DNA of 64,000 bases from Malacoraja senta (GCA_038087875.1 JAXLNO010000235.1:248001-312000); one strand, 5' to 3'. Positions 33,301-48,971 are shown, counted from the first letter of the stretch. The notes: generated from the letters alone by a model not told the origin. A program made the numbers and translations.

Positions 33301-36300
33301 TTCAAACTTAGTACAATATTGAATGCAATTTTCTCCCGAGCTTTTAATTTCACTCAAGGAGGAACCTGCAGGCAATATTTTCATTAGCATCCAAATAGTT
33401 CCTGCATCTTGCAGTTTTCTCCAAGTTCAACATCACAGAGTGCACCAAGACCTTCACAGCCTCTGAGAATAACCCACATAACCATCTTGCATTTCTGTAA
33501 AACAAACGTCACCATTTGAAGTGGTGACGAGTGGGCAACAGAATGGCGAGGACGTTGAACATCCTCAATCAGTCCCAGAGGATTGCCGGAGAAATGGGAA
33601 AAATAAAATCCACATGAGCATGGATACATTAGATTGACCAGAAAGCCCAAATGGGTAAAATGGCAGATGCTGATAATTTAGTTTCATTAAGTTTCTAGTG
33701 GAAACAATGGAGACAGAAATACATTGATAAAGTTTCATGTTGGAAGGAACTGTAGATGCTGCTTTAAACCGAATATAGACACAAAAGTAACTGGGCGGGA
33801 GTAACTGGGCGGGGCAGGCAGCATCTCTGGAGAGAAGGAATGGGTGACATTTCGGGTCAAAGAAGTCTGGGTCTGAAGAAGGGTCTCGACCCGAAACATC
33901 ACCCATTCTTTCTCTCCAGATGCTGCCTGTCTCGCTGAGTTGCTCCAGTATTTTGTGTCTCTCTTCATTATTCATTACGTTTCTATGTCCTTGTAAAATC
34001 TAAAGCAGAACAGACTGGTACAGTCTAATAAATGGTTGTAGGAGTGGAATATCGAGATTCCTTCTAGCAGGCAAACCAGACCATTTCCAAAAGATTTGGT
34101 CTCCATTTATCGACTTACTACAAGTATAAGGTGCAACAGAATTCTGAAAATAAATGGTTTCAGGACCTGGTGAGGGGGGAGGAAAAATACAAAGTTGGTT
34201 TATTCCTTTTAGCTCTTTTTTTAAAAGCTATTAATATATCTTCTGTTTTCTTTTTCTCTTTTTCTTTTTCTATGGCTTGTTTCTTAACTCTTTTTCGAAC
34301 TTTTCATGTCTAAGGGTCTCTTTTGATCACTCTTTCACACACTTACTATCTTATTTAATTCTCTTTACTTTTCTTCTTTTCAAAGTTTAATATATAAAGT
34401 GGTACAGGTAATGTATTATGTTATTTTGGCATATATTATTGTAATGTACACAACTAATAAATAAAATTAAATTATATGGCCTTTATAACAAGAGGAGTTG
34501 AGTCTAGGAGCAAAGAGGTCCTTCTGCAGTTGTACAGGGCCCTGGTGAGACCACACCTGGAGTATTGTGGGCAGTTTTGGTCCCCTAATTTGAGGAAGGA
34601 CATTCTTGCTATTGAGGGAGCTCAGCGTAGGGTCACCAGGTTAATTCCCGGGATGGCGGGACTGTCATATGCTGAGAGAATGGAGCGGCTGGGCTTGTAC
34701 ACTCTGGAGTTTAGAAGGATGAGAGGGCATCTCATTGAAACATATAAGATTGTTAAGGGTATGTACACGCTAGAGGCAGGAAACATGTTGCCGATGTTGG
34801 GGGAGTCCAGAACCAGGGGCCACAATTTAAGAATAAGGAGTAAGCCATTTAGAACAGAGACCAGGAAACACTTTTTCTCACAGAGAGTTGTGAGTCTGTG
34901 GCATTCTCTGCCTCAGAGGGCGGTGGAGGCAGGTTCTCTAGATGCTTTCAAGAGAGAGATGGATAGGGCTCTTAAAGATAGCAGAGTCAGGGTATATGGG
35001 GAGAAGGCAGGAACGGGGTACTGATTGTGGATGATCAGCTATGATCACATTGAATGGCGGTGCTGGCTGGAAGGGCCGAATGGCCTCTACTCTTGCACCT
35101 ATTGTCTATTGTCTAAAGGTTATTGGAGGATAACAAATGTCAAGGGCATTGGGGAATGAGAGTATCTATTGTTGTGTAATGATGAGTATGTGTTAATCTT
35201 CTTGCATCTGTAGTGATGTTCTGATTGAGTTTAGTTTTGAGACACAGCATGGAAATTCCCTACTCCCTACACACTACAAGCAATTTATGGAGGTCCAGTA
35301 ACCTACATCCCCACTCATTCGTGGCCACAGGGAGCGTGCTATCTCCACCCAGAGAGCACCCGAGGTCAGGATTGAACCCTGGTCTCCGGCACTGTGAGGC
35401 AGCAGCTCTAACATCTGTGCCACTGTGATTTGGGTGGTTTGGCTGTTTAAAACGATGTGAGTTTTGGGTTGAGAACACAAACCAGTAGATGTGAAAAAAA
35501 ATGCTGAATTTACTCAGTTATTCCAATATTGAGTGCAATTATCTCCTGAGTTTCACACAAGGTAAACCCACCAGTCACCAGCCTCATCATCATCCAATTT
35601 CTTCTGCAACTTTCAGTTTTCTCCAAATCAAACCGCACAGTTTGCACCAAGACCTTCACAACCTCTACGAATAAATCACGTCCCTTCCAGTTCAATTCAG
35701 TTTAGTTCAGTGTCACGTTCGTGAGATAAAGAGAAAATCTTTTGCAGAATGCTAACCAGCCTGGAGAAAGACAAGTATAATTAATGCTATTTACAACTGA
35801 AGTTAGAATAGTTTCCAGTAACACATATTCAAGCAGATGACTGTGTGATGTTTGAAAGGTCTATGATAATGGCAAATGACAGAATCTTGTTGTTTTGTAA
35901 TAAATGGAACGGTCAATATTCTTGCCTGTTCATGCTGTAGTTGGTCCGATAGATCAAACTAATATTCATTGCATCAGATCATGGTGGAGGTTAATGAGTT
36001 TCTCCTCAGTTCTGAATTTCACTCAAGGTAGAACCTCCAGCAAACATTGGCGGCCATCTTGGTGAGGTCGGCGCCGTTGATTGGTCGGATGTCAGCGGCC
36101 ATCGTGGTGAGGGCAGGTGAGATCGGCGCAGCTGATTGGTCGGATGCTGGCGGCCATCTTTGTGAGGGGTTGATGGTGGCCATCTTGGTGAGGACATGTG
36201 AGGTCGGCGCCGTTGATTGGTCGGATGCTGGTGGCCATCTTGTTAAGGTCCCGCCGTTCAAGACGCCATCTTGAGAAGGTACCAAAGGCCCACACACTTG

Positions 36301-39300
36301 TGTCCATTGTCCCCTCTAAACCTGTCTTGTCCACTCACCTGTCCAAGGGTCTTAGTTTACAACTCTTCACCCACCAGTTGACTTACTTTGGCTGGGAAAG
36401 TACATCTGGGACCCGTAAACACTCAGCATAGGAGCACCGCAAGGCTGCGTACTCTCTCCTCTCCTCTACGCTCTCTACACCAACGACTTCACCTCTGTCA
36501 GTCAAGCTTCTCAAGTTTGCGGACAACACAACCCTGATTGGACTGATCCAGGATGGGGATAAATCGGCCTACAGACAGCAAGTGTCACAGCTGGCGTCCT
36601 GGTGCCGTAGCAACAACCTGGAGCTCAATTCTCTTAAGACAGTGGAATTGATTGTAGACTTTAGGAGAGCTCCCCCTCCCCTCACCCCACTCACCATCAA
36701 CAACACCACAGTCACATCTGTGGAATCTTTTAAGTTCCTGGGAACCATCATCTCCAAGGACCATAAGTGGGGGGCTACCATGGACTCCACAGTCAAACAG
36801 GCACAACAGATGATGTACTTCCTGCGGCAGCTGAGGAAACACAATCTGCCACAGGCAATGATGGTCCAATTCTACACGACCATCGTAGAGTCTGTTCTCA
36901 CCATCCCCATCATGCTCTGGTTTGGCTCAGTCACCAAGCACGACACCTGGAAGCTGCAGCGAATCGTCCGATCAGCAGAGAAGGTTATTGGCTGCAACCT
37001 TCCCTCCATTGATGAACTGTACACTGCAAGGGCCAGGAAGCGAGCGGGTAAGATCATCTCTGACCCCTCTCACCCTGGCCACAAACTATTTCAATCACTA
37101 CCCTCTGGAAGGCGATTCCGGATTGTCACAGCAGTTTTTTATTCTCGAGTAGTTGCTCTACTCAACAGCCAAAATTGTTGGAATTGTTATATGGTTATAT
37201 GGTTATAACAGCGGCGCCTAGCATTTCTATATGCCTGAAGTAATTGAACTCCGCAATTGAATCTACAATGTTGGACACGTTCTTCTTCCTAACTTGTCTA
37301 ATCTGATGTGCAACTATTTGGGCGGCACGGTGGCGCAGCGATGGAGTTGCTGCCTTACAGCGCCAGAGACCTGGGTCAATCCTGACCGGGGATGATGCCT
37401 GTACTTTCTTCCTGTGACAGCGTGGGTTTTCTCCGGGTGCTCCGGTTTCCTCCCACACGCCACAGACCTGCAGGTTTTCAAGGTTAATTGGCTTTGGAAA
37501 ATTTGTAAATTGTCCCTAGTGCGTAGGGTAGTGCTAGCGTACGGGGTGATCGCTGGTCGGTGTGGTCTCGATGGGCCGAAAGGCCAGTTTCCACTCTATA
37601 TCGCTAAAGTTTAAATCAGCTTGTCTTAACTCATCTCATTCCATTCCCCACCAAACCCTTTGTTAAAGATAAAGATTGATAACCTGAGGTTTAAAACATA
37701 GAACAGTAGAACACAGGAACCGCCCCTTCGGCCCACAATGCCTGTGCTAAACGTGACACCACTGCCAACTCTTATCTGTCTGCACATTATCATTATCCCT
37801 CCATTCCCTGCCTATCCAAAAACCTGTTAAATGCCACTGTTCTATCTGCCTCCACCACCCCTGGCAACACACTCAAGGTGCACTCTAACCTCTTATAACT
37901 TGCTCCACACATCTTTAAACTTTGCCCCACTCTCGTTAAAGCTATGCCCTCTAGTATTCCATCTCTGTCCTGGGGAAAAGGGACGGGCACGGTGGCGCAG
38001 CGGTAGAGTTCTTTGCTTACACTGCTTGCAGTGCCAGAGACCCGGGTTCGATCCTGACTACGGGTGCTGTCAGTACAGATTTGTACATTTTCCCCTTGAC
38101 CCGCGTGGGTTTTTTTTCCGAGATTTCTGCGTAGTGCAATTTTTCTGGGGGAAGGAGTGTCCGGGATGGGTGACTGGCAATCCCCAAGGTACAGAGTTAA
38201 GTTGTGTAACAGCCGCAGGGAAGAAGCTGTTCCTGAACCTGCTGATCTGGCAACGGAGAGACCTGTGGTGCCTCCCGGATGGGAGGAGGATAAACAGTAT
38301 GTGGCTGGGGTGAGAGCAGTCCTTGATGATGCTGCGCGCCCTTCGCAGACAATGCTTGCATTGGACAGACTCAATGGAGGGGAGTGAGGAACCGGTGATG
38401 CGTTGGGCAGTTTTCACCACCCTCTGCAGTGCTTTCCAGTCGAAGACAGTTGCCATACCAACCTGTGATACAGTTGGTAAGGATGCTCTCGATGGTGCAG
38501 CGGTAGATGTTCACCAGAATCTGAGGAGACAGATGGATCTTCTTTTGTCTCCTCAGGAAGAAGAGAAGCTGGTGAGCCTTCTTAACCAGTGTTGAGGTAT
38601 TGTGGGTCCAAGAGAGGTCATCAGAGATGTTGACTCCCAGAAACCTGAAGCTGGAAACACGTTCCACCTCCGTCCCGTTAATGTGGATGGGGGTGTGCGT
38701 GCCGCCCCTAGACTTTCTGTAGTCCACAATGAGCTCCTTGGTCTTCTTGTAGTTACAGGCCAGGTTGTTGTCAGCGCACCATGCTGCTAGGAGCTGGACC
38801 TCCTCCCTATAGGCCGACTCATCGTTGTTGCTGATGAGGCCAATCACTGTTGTATCATCTGCATACTTGATGATGGTGTTAGTACCATGTACAGGTGTGC
38901 AGTCGTAGGTGAAGAGGGAGTAGAGGAGGGGGCTCAGCACACAGCCCTGTGGAACGCCGGTGTTCAGGGTGAGGGTTGAAGAGGTGTGGTTGTCTGACCT
39001 AACAGACTGGGGTCTGTTAGTTAGAAAGTCCAGTATCCAGTTGCAGAGGGAGGGGTCGATGCCCAGGTCGCTGAGTTTGGTCATCAGTTTTGAGGGGATA
39101 ATGATGTTAAATGCTGAGATGAACAGCATTCTCACCTAGGTGTCTCTGTTGTCGAGGTGGGAGAGGGCGGAGTGAAGTGCCGTTGAGATGGCATCCTCCG
39201 TACTCCTGTTCTTGCGGTAGGCGAACTGATAGGGATCCAATGTGGGAGGTAGGCAGCCTTTGAGGTGTGCCAGGACCAACCTCTCGAAGCACTTAGTGAT

Positions 39301-42300
39301 AATGGGAGTAAGTGCAACTGGGCAGAAGTCGTTGAGGCTCGCCACAGTGGAGTGTTTTGGCACCGGCACGAGGGAGGTGGTTTTAAGGCACGTGGGGACA
39401 ACTGCTTGGGCATGTGACAGGTTGAAGATGTCAGTCTAGAGAGTAGGTTAATTTGGTATAAATGTAAATTGTCCCTAGTGTGCGTGGGGTAGTTTAATGC
39501 ACGGGTATCGCTGGTTGACGTGGACGCGGTGGGCTGAAGGGCCTGATTCTGTGCTGTATCTCTAAACTAAACCAAAAAAGTTCTGACTGTCTGGTTAAAG
39601 ATATGAACACATGGGCTCACTGGTCTGCGGGCTATAGAAAGAATCTTGTACTTTGCTGACTTTCACAAGCAATGTTAAACTGAGACCAACGAAGTAACGG
39701 CAATAGTTTGTTTTAGAGAGATGGCGTGAAAACAGGCCCTTCCGCCTACCGAGCCCGCGCCAACCAACGATCACTTGTACACTAGTCCTATATCCTTCAC
39801 ACTAGGGGCAATTTACAGACGTCAATTAACCTACACACCAGCACATCTCTAGAATGTGGGAGGAAACCAGAGCACCGGAAGGAATCCCACGTGGGTCACA
39901 GGGAGAACCTACAAACTACACGCACACGTAGACAGGATCGAACCCGGGTCTCTGGCACCGTAAGGCAGCAACTCTTAGTCTATCGCTGCGCCACCATGCT
40001 GATCAATTCAATTGATGCTAAGGAAGTTGTATGTCAGCCCTCTGCAAACTTTAAAACCCAATGAGATGTTCCTTCTCCATTTGGTACATCAAGTCCTCTC
40101 CGTCATTCAATCATATCTGGATTGGCATGGCTTAGAACATCAGAAAAACCCTCTGCCACAGCCACTGATTTCTCAGGGACTACAAAGGGAAAATGTACTC
40201 CAGTAATCCCTCTGTGTGCTTTATATCTGCCTGTTAAGGTGTTCAGATTTGTCAAATATTGAATTGCATTCCAACAATGGAGTCTTTAGGTTTATGGAGT
40301 TAAGCGTGAAACTGATAAAGCAGAAGTATTTTCGTGCCAGGAACAAACTACACACTCTTTGACTATAGACAACTCTCATTTGGCAAATGGCAAAAATATT
40401 CTGCTGTTTTTAAAGTATTTTTCCCCAACATGGCAGTGTGGCTCAGCGGTAGAGTTGCTGCCTCACTGCGCCGGAGACGCAGGTGCTGTCTGTACAGAGT
40501 ATGTATGTTCCCCTCGTGACCAGCGTGGGTTTTCTACGGATGCTCCGGTTTCCTCCCACACTCCAAAGACGTGCAGGTTTGTAGGTTAATTGGCTTTGGT
40601 AAAAAGTCCCCAGTGTGTAGGATAGTGAGGGTGTAGAGGTGAATACTGGTCGGCGTGGACTCGGTGGGCCAAAGGGCCCGTTACCACACTGTATCTCGAA
40701 ATGAAAACACTTGAGATTTAATATTGTTTGTGCTGGAGTAACTCAGTGGGTTGAGCAGCATCTCTGGAGAACATGAGTGGGTGACGTTTTGGTTCAGGAC
40801 CCGTCTTCAGGACCAGACGTCAACGAGTGCTGGACTCACCATGACGTAGAAACATAGAAAATAGGTGCAGGAGTAGGCCATTCGGCCCTTCGAGCCAGCA
40901 CCGCCTTTCAATATGATTTTGGCTGATCATCCAAAATCAATACCCCATTCCTGCTATCTCCCCATATCCCTTGATTCTGTTAGCCCAAAGAGCCACATCC
41001 AACACTCACTTGAAAACATCCAGTGAATTGGCCTCCACTGCCTTCTGTGGCAGAGAATTCTACAGATTTTCTGCGTGAAAATGTTTTCCCTCTTCTGAGT
41101 CCTAAATGGCCTAACCCGTTATTCTTAAACTGTGACCCCTGGTTCTGGACTCCCCGAACATCGGGAACATTGTTCCTGCATCTAGCCTTAACTCCTTTAA
41201 GAATGTTATATGTTTTCATAAGATTCCCTCTCATCCTTCTCATTTCCAGCGAATTCAAGCCCAGTCTACCCATGCTTTCATCATACGTAAGTCTCGCACC
41301 CCGGATATTGATCTGGTGAACTTACGCTGCACTCCCTCAATAGTAAGAATGTCCTTCTGCAAATTAGGAAAGGTACAGGAGTGTGAAAACGCACACCTCC
41401 AGATTCAGGGACAGTTTCTTCCCAGCTGTTACCAGGCAACTAAAGCATCCTACCACAACCAGAGAGCAGTTCTGAACTACTATCTACCTCATTGGTGACC
41501 CTCGGACTATCCTTGCTGGCTTTACCTTGCACTAAACGTTATTCCTTTACCATGTATCTATACATTGCAAATGGCTCGATTGTAATCATGCAATGTCTTT
41601 CTGCTAACTGTTTTTAACATGCGACAAAAAGCATTTCTCCGTACACGTGACAATAAACTCAATTGAACTGAGTTCCTTGTATCTACCGCATGAGTCCAGT
41701 TGGTTATAAACACTGTGACATGTGGCCATATGGTGAAGTGGTTTATTCCCTTCTGGGCCGGCCTTCCATTCATAAGATCGCAAGTTTGTAAACCATCATA
41801 GATACATAGATACATAGAAAATAGGTGCAGGAGTAGGCCATTCGGCCCTTCGAGCATGCACCGCCATTCAATATGGTCATGGCTGATCATCCAACTCAGT
41901 ATCCCGTACCTGCCTTCTCTCCATACCCCCTGATCCCCTTAGCCACAAGGGCCACATCTAACTCCCTCTTAAATATAGCCAATGAACTGGCCTCAACTAC
42001 CCTCTGTGGCAGAGAGTTCCAGAGATTCACCACTCTCTGTGTGAAAAAGTTTTTCCTCATCTCGTTCCTAAAGGATTTCCCCCTTATCCTTAAGCTGTGA
42101 CCCCTTGTCCTGGACTTCCCCAACATCGGGAACAATCTTCCTGCATCTAGCCTGTCCAACCCCATAAGAATCTTTCTTCATATGAAAGTCCTGACATCCC
42201 AGGAATCAGTCTGGTGAACCTTCTCTGCACTCCCTCTATGGCTATAATGTCCTTCCTCAGATTTGGAGACCAAAACTGTACGCAATACTCCAGGTGTGGT

Positions 42301-43835
42301 CTCACCAAGACCCTGTACAACTGCAGTAGAACCTCCCTGCTCCTATACTCAAATCCTCTTGCTATGAAGGCCAACATACCATTCGCTTTCTTCACTGCCT
42401 GCTGTACCTGCATGCCTACTTTCAATGACTTGTGTACCATGACACCCAGGTCTCGCTGCATCTCCCCATTTCCCAATCGGCCACCATTTAGATAATAGTC
42501 TGCCTTCCCGTTTTTGCCACCAAAGTGGATAACCTCACACTTATCCACATTATACTGCATCTGCCAAACATCTGCCCACTCACCCAGCCTATCCAAGTCA
42601 CCCTGCAGTCTCCTAGCATCCTCCTCACAGCTAACACTGCCCCCCAGCTTAGTGTCATCCGCAAACTTGGAGATGTTGCTTTCAATTCCCTCGTCCAGAT
42701 CATTAATATAAATTGTAAATAGCTGGGGTCCCAGCACTGAGCCTTGCGGTACCCCACTAGTCACTGCCTGCCATTGTGAAAAGGACCCGTTTACTCCTAC
42801 TCTTTGCTTCCTGTTTGCCAGCCAGTTCTCTATCCACATCAATACTGAACCCCCAATACCGTGTAATTTAAGTTTGTACCCTAATCTTTTATGTGGTACC
42901 TTGTCGAAAGCCTTCTGAAAGTCCAGATACAACACATCCACTGGTTCTCCCCTATCCACTCTACTAGTTACATCCTCGAAAAATTCTATAAGATTCGTCA
43001 GACACGATTTACCTTTCGTAAATCCATGCTGACTTTGTCCAATGATTTCACCACTTTCCAAATGTGCTGCTATCACATCTTTAATAACTGACTCTAGCAG
43101 TTTCCCCACTACCGATGTTAGACTAACTGGTCTGTAATTCCCCGTTTTCTCTCTCCCTCCCTTCTTAAAAAGTGGGGTTACGTTTGCTACCCTCCAATCC
43201 TCAGGAACTACTCATAATCAGAGGTGACCTCATAATGTGCCTGGCCGGCGACATCACAATGAACTGCATCCGTAACCATGAGAGACGGACGGGCTCCATT
43301 CCATCCATCAACTTGAAGTGGGTTCACAGTTTGCGAGATATTGAACAGATCAGAGCTTTAAAATTCACTCTACGTATTTAGAAACAAAGGAACCTGTATC
43401 AAAAATGCCGGTGGAGAGTACCAAGCAGGATGATAAAAGGAGATCTAAGGTAGATTTGAATCCATTAATAGACCAAGATAAAAGGTGGAGTGACTCAGCG
43501 AGTCTTATTCTTAAACTGTGACCCCCTGGTTCTGGACCCCCTACATTGGGAACATAGGGACGTAGGGCTCTACTGCCACCTCTGAGCTTTTCTTTATGGG
43601 AGAGAATCCTATCCATCCAGTGACAATCCTGTCTCCAGTCTTCAACATCCCCCCCCCCCCCCCCCCCCGCCTCTCCCCCTACCCACCCTTCTACCCTCTC
43701 TGGACCTTTTTATATGCACTGTTGGTGCAACAACTGCCTTGGCTTCTCTACTCCACTGGCCCACTCAAACCGGAAGGGTCCTGACCTGAAACGACAAATG
43801 TTAGGGAGCATCTCTGGAGAACATCTCTGGAGAAG

Positions 43836-45484
43836 GATATTGAATTATGTGAGGTAAGGGAAACAAGTAGAAAAGCTATGGAAACTATGAGATTAAAAGA
43901 AGAGGAAGTAGTGACACTTTAAAAAATATATAAAAGTGGATAAGTCTTGAGGGAAGTTAGTGTAGAAATAGCAGGGGCTATGACAGAAATATTTCAAATG
44001 CCATTAGAAACGGGAATAGTGCCGGAGGATTGGCGTACTGCGCATGTTGTTCCATTGTATTAAAAGGGTTCTAAGAGTAAACCTAACAATTATAGACCTG
44101 TTAGTTTGACGTCAGTGGTGGGCAAATTAATGGAAAGGATACTTAGAGATAATATATATAAGCATCTGGATCAACAGGATCTGATTAGGAACAGTCAACA
44201 TGGATTTGTGCCTGGAAGGTCATGTTTGACTAATCTTGAATTTTTTGAAAAGGTTACTGGGGAAATTGATGAGGGTAAAGCAATGGATGTTGTCTATATG
44301 GACTTCAGTAAGGCCTTTGACAAGGTTCCTCATGGAGGGTTGGTTAAGAAAGTTCAATTGTTGGGTATTAATGGTGGAGTAGCAAGATGGATTCAACAGT
44401 GGCTGAATGGGAGATGCCAGAGAGTAATGGTAGATGGCTGTTTGTCAGGTTGGAGGCCGGTGACTAGTGGCGTGCCTCAGGGATCTGTGTTGGGTCCACT
44501 GTTGTTTGTCATGTACATTAATGATCTGGATGGTGGTGTGGTAAATTGGATTAGTAAGTATGCAGATGATACTAAGATAGGTGGTGTTGTGGATAATGAA
44601 GTAGATTTTCAAAGTCTACAGAGATATTTAGGCCATTTGGAAGAGTCGGCTGAAAGATAGCAGATGGAGTTTAATGCAGATAAGTGTGAGGTGCTACATT
44701 TTGGCAGGACAAAGCAAAATAGGACATACATGGTAAATGGTAGCGAATTGAGCAATGCAGTTGAACAGAGGGATCTAGGAATAACTGTGCATAGTTCCCT
44801 GAAGGTGGAATCTCATGTAAATAGGGTGGTAAAGAAAGCTTTTGGTGTGCTGGCCTTCATAAATCAGAGCATTGAGTATAGAAGCTGGAATGTAATGTTA
44901 AAATTGTACAAGGCATTGGTGAGGCCAATTCTGGAGTATGGTGTACAATTTTGGTCAGCTAATTATAGGGAGGATGTCAACAAAATAGAGGGAGTACAGA
45001 GGAGGTTAACTAGAATGTTGCCTGAGTTTCAACAACTAAGTTACAGAGAAAGGTCGAACAAGTTAGGTCTTTATTCTTTGGAACGCAGAACGTTAAGGGG
45101 GACTTGATAGAGGTCTTTAAATGATGAGAGGGATAGACAGAGTTGACGTGGATAAGCTTTTCCCATTGAGAGTAGGGAAGATTCAAACAAGAGGACATGA
45201 CTTGAGAATTAAGGAACAGAAGATTAGGGGTAACATGAGGGGGAACTCCTTTACTCAGAGAGTGGTAGCTGTGCGGAATGAGCTTCCAGTGGAAGTAGTG
45301 GAGGCAGGTTCGATTTTATCACTTAAAAATAAATTGGATAGGTATATGGATGGGAAAGGAATGGAGGGTTATGGTCTGAGTGCTGGTAGATGGGACTAGG
45401 GGAAAATAAGTGTTCGGCACGGACTAGAAGGGCCGATATGGCGTGTTTCCGTGCTGTAATTGTTATATGGTTATATGGTTATAA
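43836..45484 (+). mobile_element. CR1 LINE RT fragment with intact 3' end (unit 2 copy)
   Basis: ORFs 44106..44660, 44664..45107 and 45121..45399; (GGTTATAT)n tail. Confidence 0.92.
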
Positions 45485-45705
45485 CATGGATAGATGACAT
45501 TTCACGGAGTGCTGGAGTAACTCAGCGGGTCAGGCAGCATCTGTGGAGAACATGGTTAGGTGACGTTTCACAGAGTACTGGAGTAACTCAGCGTGTCAGG
45601 CAGCATCTGTGAAGAACATGGATAGATGACGTTTCACAGATTGCTGGAGTAACTCAGCGGGTCAGGCAGCATCTGTGTAGAACATGGATAGGTGATGTTT
45701 CACAG
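45485..45705. repeat. ~59-bp tandem repeat (about 3.5 units) derived from Penelope terminal sequence
   Basis: Repeated aacatggatag(a/g)tgacgtttcacagagtgctggagtaactcagcgggtcaggcagcatctgtggag. Confidence 0.75.
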
Positions 45706-45719
45706 GACAATGAAGCTAG

Positions 45720-46478
45720 TTGGAGAATGGTGGCCGATTAGGAAAAGGGGAGATGCAACGAGACCTGGGTGTCATGGCACACCAGTCATTAAAAGTAGGA
45801 ATGCAGGTGCAGCAGGCAGTGAAGAAAGCAAATGGTATGTTAGCATTCATAGCAAAATGATTTGAGTATAAGAGCTGGGAGGTTCTATTGCAGTTGTACA
45901 GGGTCTTGGTGAGACCACACTTGGAGTATTGCATACAGTTCTGGTCTCCTAACCTGAGGAAAGACATTCTTGCCATAGAGGGTGTACAGAGAAGGTTCAG
46001 CAGACTGATTCCTGGGATGGCAGGACTTTCATATGAAGAAAGACTGGATAGACACGGCTTATACATGCTAGCATTCAGAAGATTAAGGTGGGATCTTATA
46101 GAAACTTACAAAATTCTTAAGGGGTTTAACAGGCTAGATGCAGGAAGATTATTCCCGATATTGGGGAAGTACAGAACTAGGGGGTCACAGTTTAAGGATA
46201 AGAGGGAAGTTTTTTAGGACCGAGATGAGAAAATCATTTTTTACACAGAGAGTGGTGAATCTGTGGAATTCTCTGCCACAGAAGGTAGTTGAGGCCAGTT
46301 CATTGGCTATATTTAAGAGGGAGTTAGATGTGGCCCTTGTGGCTAAAGGGATCAGGGGGTATGGAGAGAAGGCAGGGATGGGATACTGAGTTGGATGATC
46401 AGCCATGATCATATCGAATGGAGGTGCAGGCTCGAAAGGCCGAATGGCCTACTCCTGCACCTATTTTCTATGTTTCTA
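45720..46478 (+). mobile_element. CR1 LINE 3' fragment (unit 2 only)
   Basis: QLYRVLVRPHLEYCIQFWSP...FFTQRVVNLWNSLP...GEKAGMGY* plus tail. Confidence 0.92.
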
Positions 46479-46865
46479 ACTAGGGTTGGGGATGGGTGGA
46501 GAGAGAGGGAAGGCAAGGGTTACTTGAAGTTGGAGAAATCAATATTGATATCGCTGAGTTGTAATCTGCCTGTCCTGCTGAGTTACTCCAGCATTTTGTG
46601 TCTATCTTCAGTGTAAACCTGCATCTGCTGTTCCTGCACATTTTGTCTTGCCCACATTGACCAAGATGCCCCATCTACACTAGTTCCTCCTGCCTGCATT
46701 TGTTCCATATCTCTCCATACCTATCCTATCCATGTACCTGTCAAGAGTGTTTTATTGTCATATGTCACAAACTGAACTATTAAATGCTGACTTACGATAG
46801 GATAGAACTTTATCTATCCAAGGAGGGAAATTGTTCTGCCAACAGTCATACAATACAAGATAAAG

Positions 46866-47222
46866 ACGGTCATGGTGGCGCAGCGGTAGTGTTGCTGCCT
46901 TACAGCAAATGCACGCCGGAGACCCAGGTTCGATCCCGATTACGGGTGCTGTCTATACGGAGTTTGTACGTTCTCCCCGTGACCTGCGTGGGTTTTCTCT
47001 GAGATTTTCGGTTTTCTTCCACACACCAAAGACGTACAGGATTGTAGGTTAATTGGCTTTGGTAACATTGTAAATGTCCCTAGTGTGTGGAGTAGTGCTA
47101 GTGTACAGGATGATCGCTGGTTAGTGTTAATGTGCGGGGATCGCTGGTTGCCACGGACCCGGTGGGCCGAAGGGCCTGTATCTGCGCTGTATCTCTAAAC
47201 TAAACTAAACTAAACTAAACAT
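46866..47222 (+). mobile_element. Full-length V-SINE; only its 3' part (17860-18002) survives in unit 1
   Basis: Head, V-domain and (AAACT)n tail. Confidence 0.88.
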
Positions 47223-48971
47223 GAAACATGAAATTAAAGTGATGAGTGGAAAGGATTGCAGATGTGCAAAGATTGGGGAGGGGGAGGGGGTTAGTCAGTC
47301 TACCCCATGACAGAAGGGGGTGGAGTTGTACAGTTTGATAGCCATAGGGGAGCAGGATCTCCTGTGGCGTTCTGTGCTGCATCTTGGTGGAACCAGTCTG
47401 TTGCTGAAGGTGTTCCTCAGTGTGTCATGGAGTGGGTTACGTAGCAGCACAACAGTAGTGTAACATATTGCACTGTAAAACCCTTATTAAACAGCAAAAT
47501 AAGTTCCGTGTATATTAGAGAAACACAATTAGTCCAAATAGTCCTGTCCAAATATCTTCTAAATGCCATTGTACCAGCCTCCACTACCTCCTCTGGCAGC
47601 TTGTTCCATATACCCATCTCCTGGGAGAAGGGAGTGAGTTAATTATGGTAGACAAAAATGCTGGAGAAACTCAGCAGGTGAGGCGGCGTCTAGATGCATG
47701 CTGCCTCATCCGCTGAGTTTCTCCAGCATTTTTGTCAACCTTCGATTTTTGCAGCATGTGCAGTTCTTTCTTAAACAAGTTAATTATGATAGTGCTTTAG
47801 GAATGTTGGATTCAGCCGAGTCTTAAACGATGCCTCTGTAGAATAATCTATTCCGTTTTGAACTAATCATGCTTTTTTTGTTGATGGGGTGAGAAAACGT
47901 GAATCTTTGAGGCTGGGCAAATATCCATGGTTCAGGCAAACTTGTTTAAATTGGACAAATTGCATTTTCACTTCAAATGAAATAAATTGGCTTGTTTAAC
48001 CGTTGCTTATTGTTCCACGTGAACTCGTTTACAGCATCTGCAGACTCCTTTTAATTTAAAATTCTTTTAAAATAGGGTTTGACTTAGTGAAAGCTTCACT
48101 TGAAGACCCAACTTTTTGCATCTTTGAACCATGAATTGGAGACCCAAATATCTCTGTCGAATTGGTTATCAAAATTACCATGTGCTCCCCCGGAATGATG
48201 CCAGCTCTTGGGAACATTTTCATTATGATTCTTCACATTTCCTTCCAATTCGATTTTTATAAAAAGTTTCAGCTGGTGAACTTTAAACAGCCCTTTTATT
48301 TTAAATATCCTTCGCAGACTTGGTGCGCTGAAGGGCCTGTTTCCACTCTGCATCTCTAAATGTAAAACTAAACTCATGCGCACGGCTTGTTGTAGGAATT
48401 ACAGAGACATGGCTGCAAGAGGGCTGGTGATGGGAACTGAATATTCAAGGATATATCTCCTATAGAATAGACAGACAGGTGGGCAGAGGGGCTGGGGTAG
48501 CTCAGTTGGTGAGGAATGAAATTCAGTCCCTTGCAAGGGGTGACATTGAAACAGGAGATGTGGAGTCAGTATGGATAGAACTAAGGAAGTGTAAGGGTAA
48601 AAAGACCCTAATGGGACATCCATTTGGGGATACCAATGGTGTTAGACAAGGGGGAACTTTGTCCCCAGACCTTTTTAATCTATATATTGATGATCTGTCT
48701 AAACAATTGAAGGCCTGTAACACTGGGTGCGTGATTGGTAATATTTTACTGAACCATATTATGTATGCAGATGATCTTGTGATCTTTAGTCCATCTAGCG
48801 CTGGTCTCCAGCAGCTCCATACTATATGTTCTGTGTATGGTGTGGAACATGACATTAAATATAATGCTAGTAAGAATGCTGTTATGATCTGTAGAACCAA
48901 AGAGGATAAATGTCTAACATTTCCTGATTTTAAATTATCTGACAATAATCTTAGTGTCTGTAATAAGGTAA

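Noticed and set aside
45485..45705. CRISPR-like repeat array
   Set aside because: Eukaryotic context; the units are contiguous Penelope-derived repeats without unique spacers.
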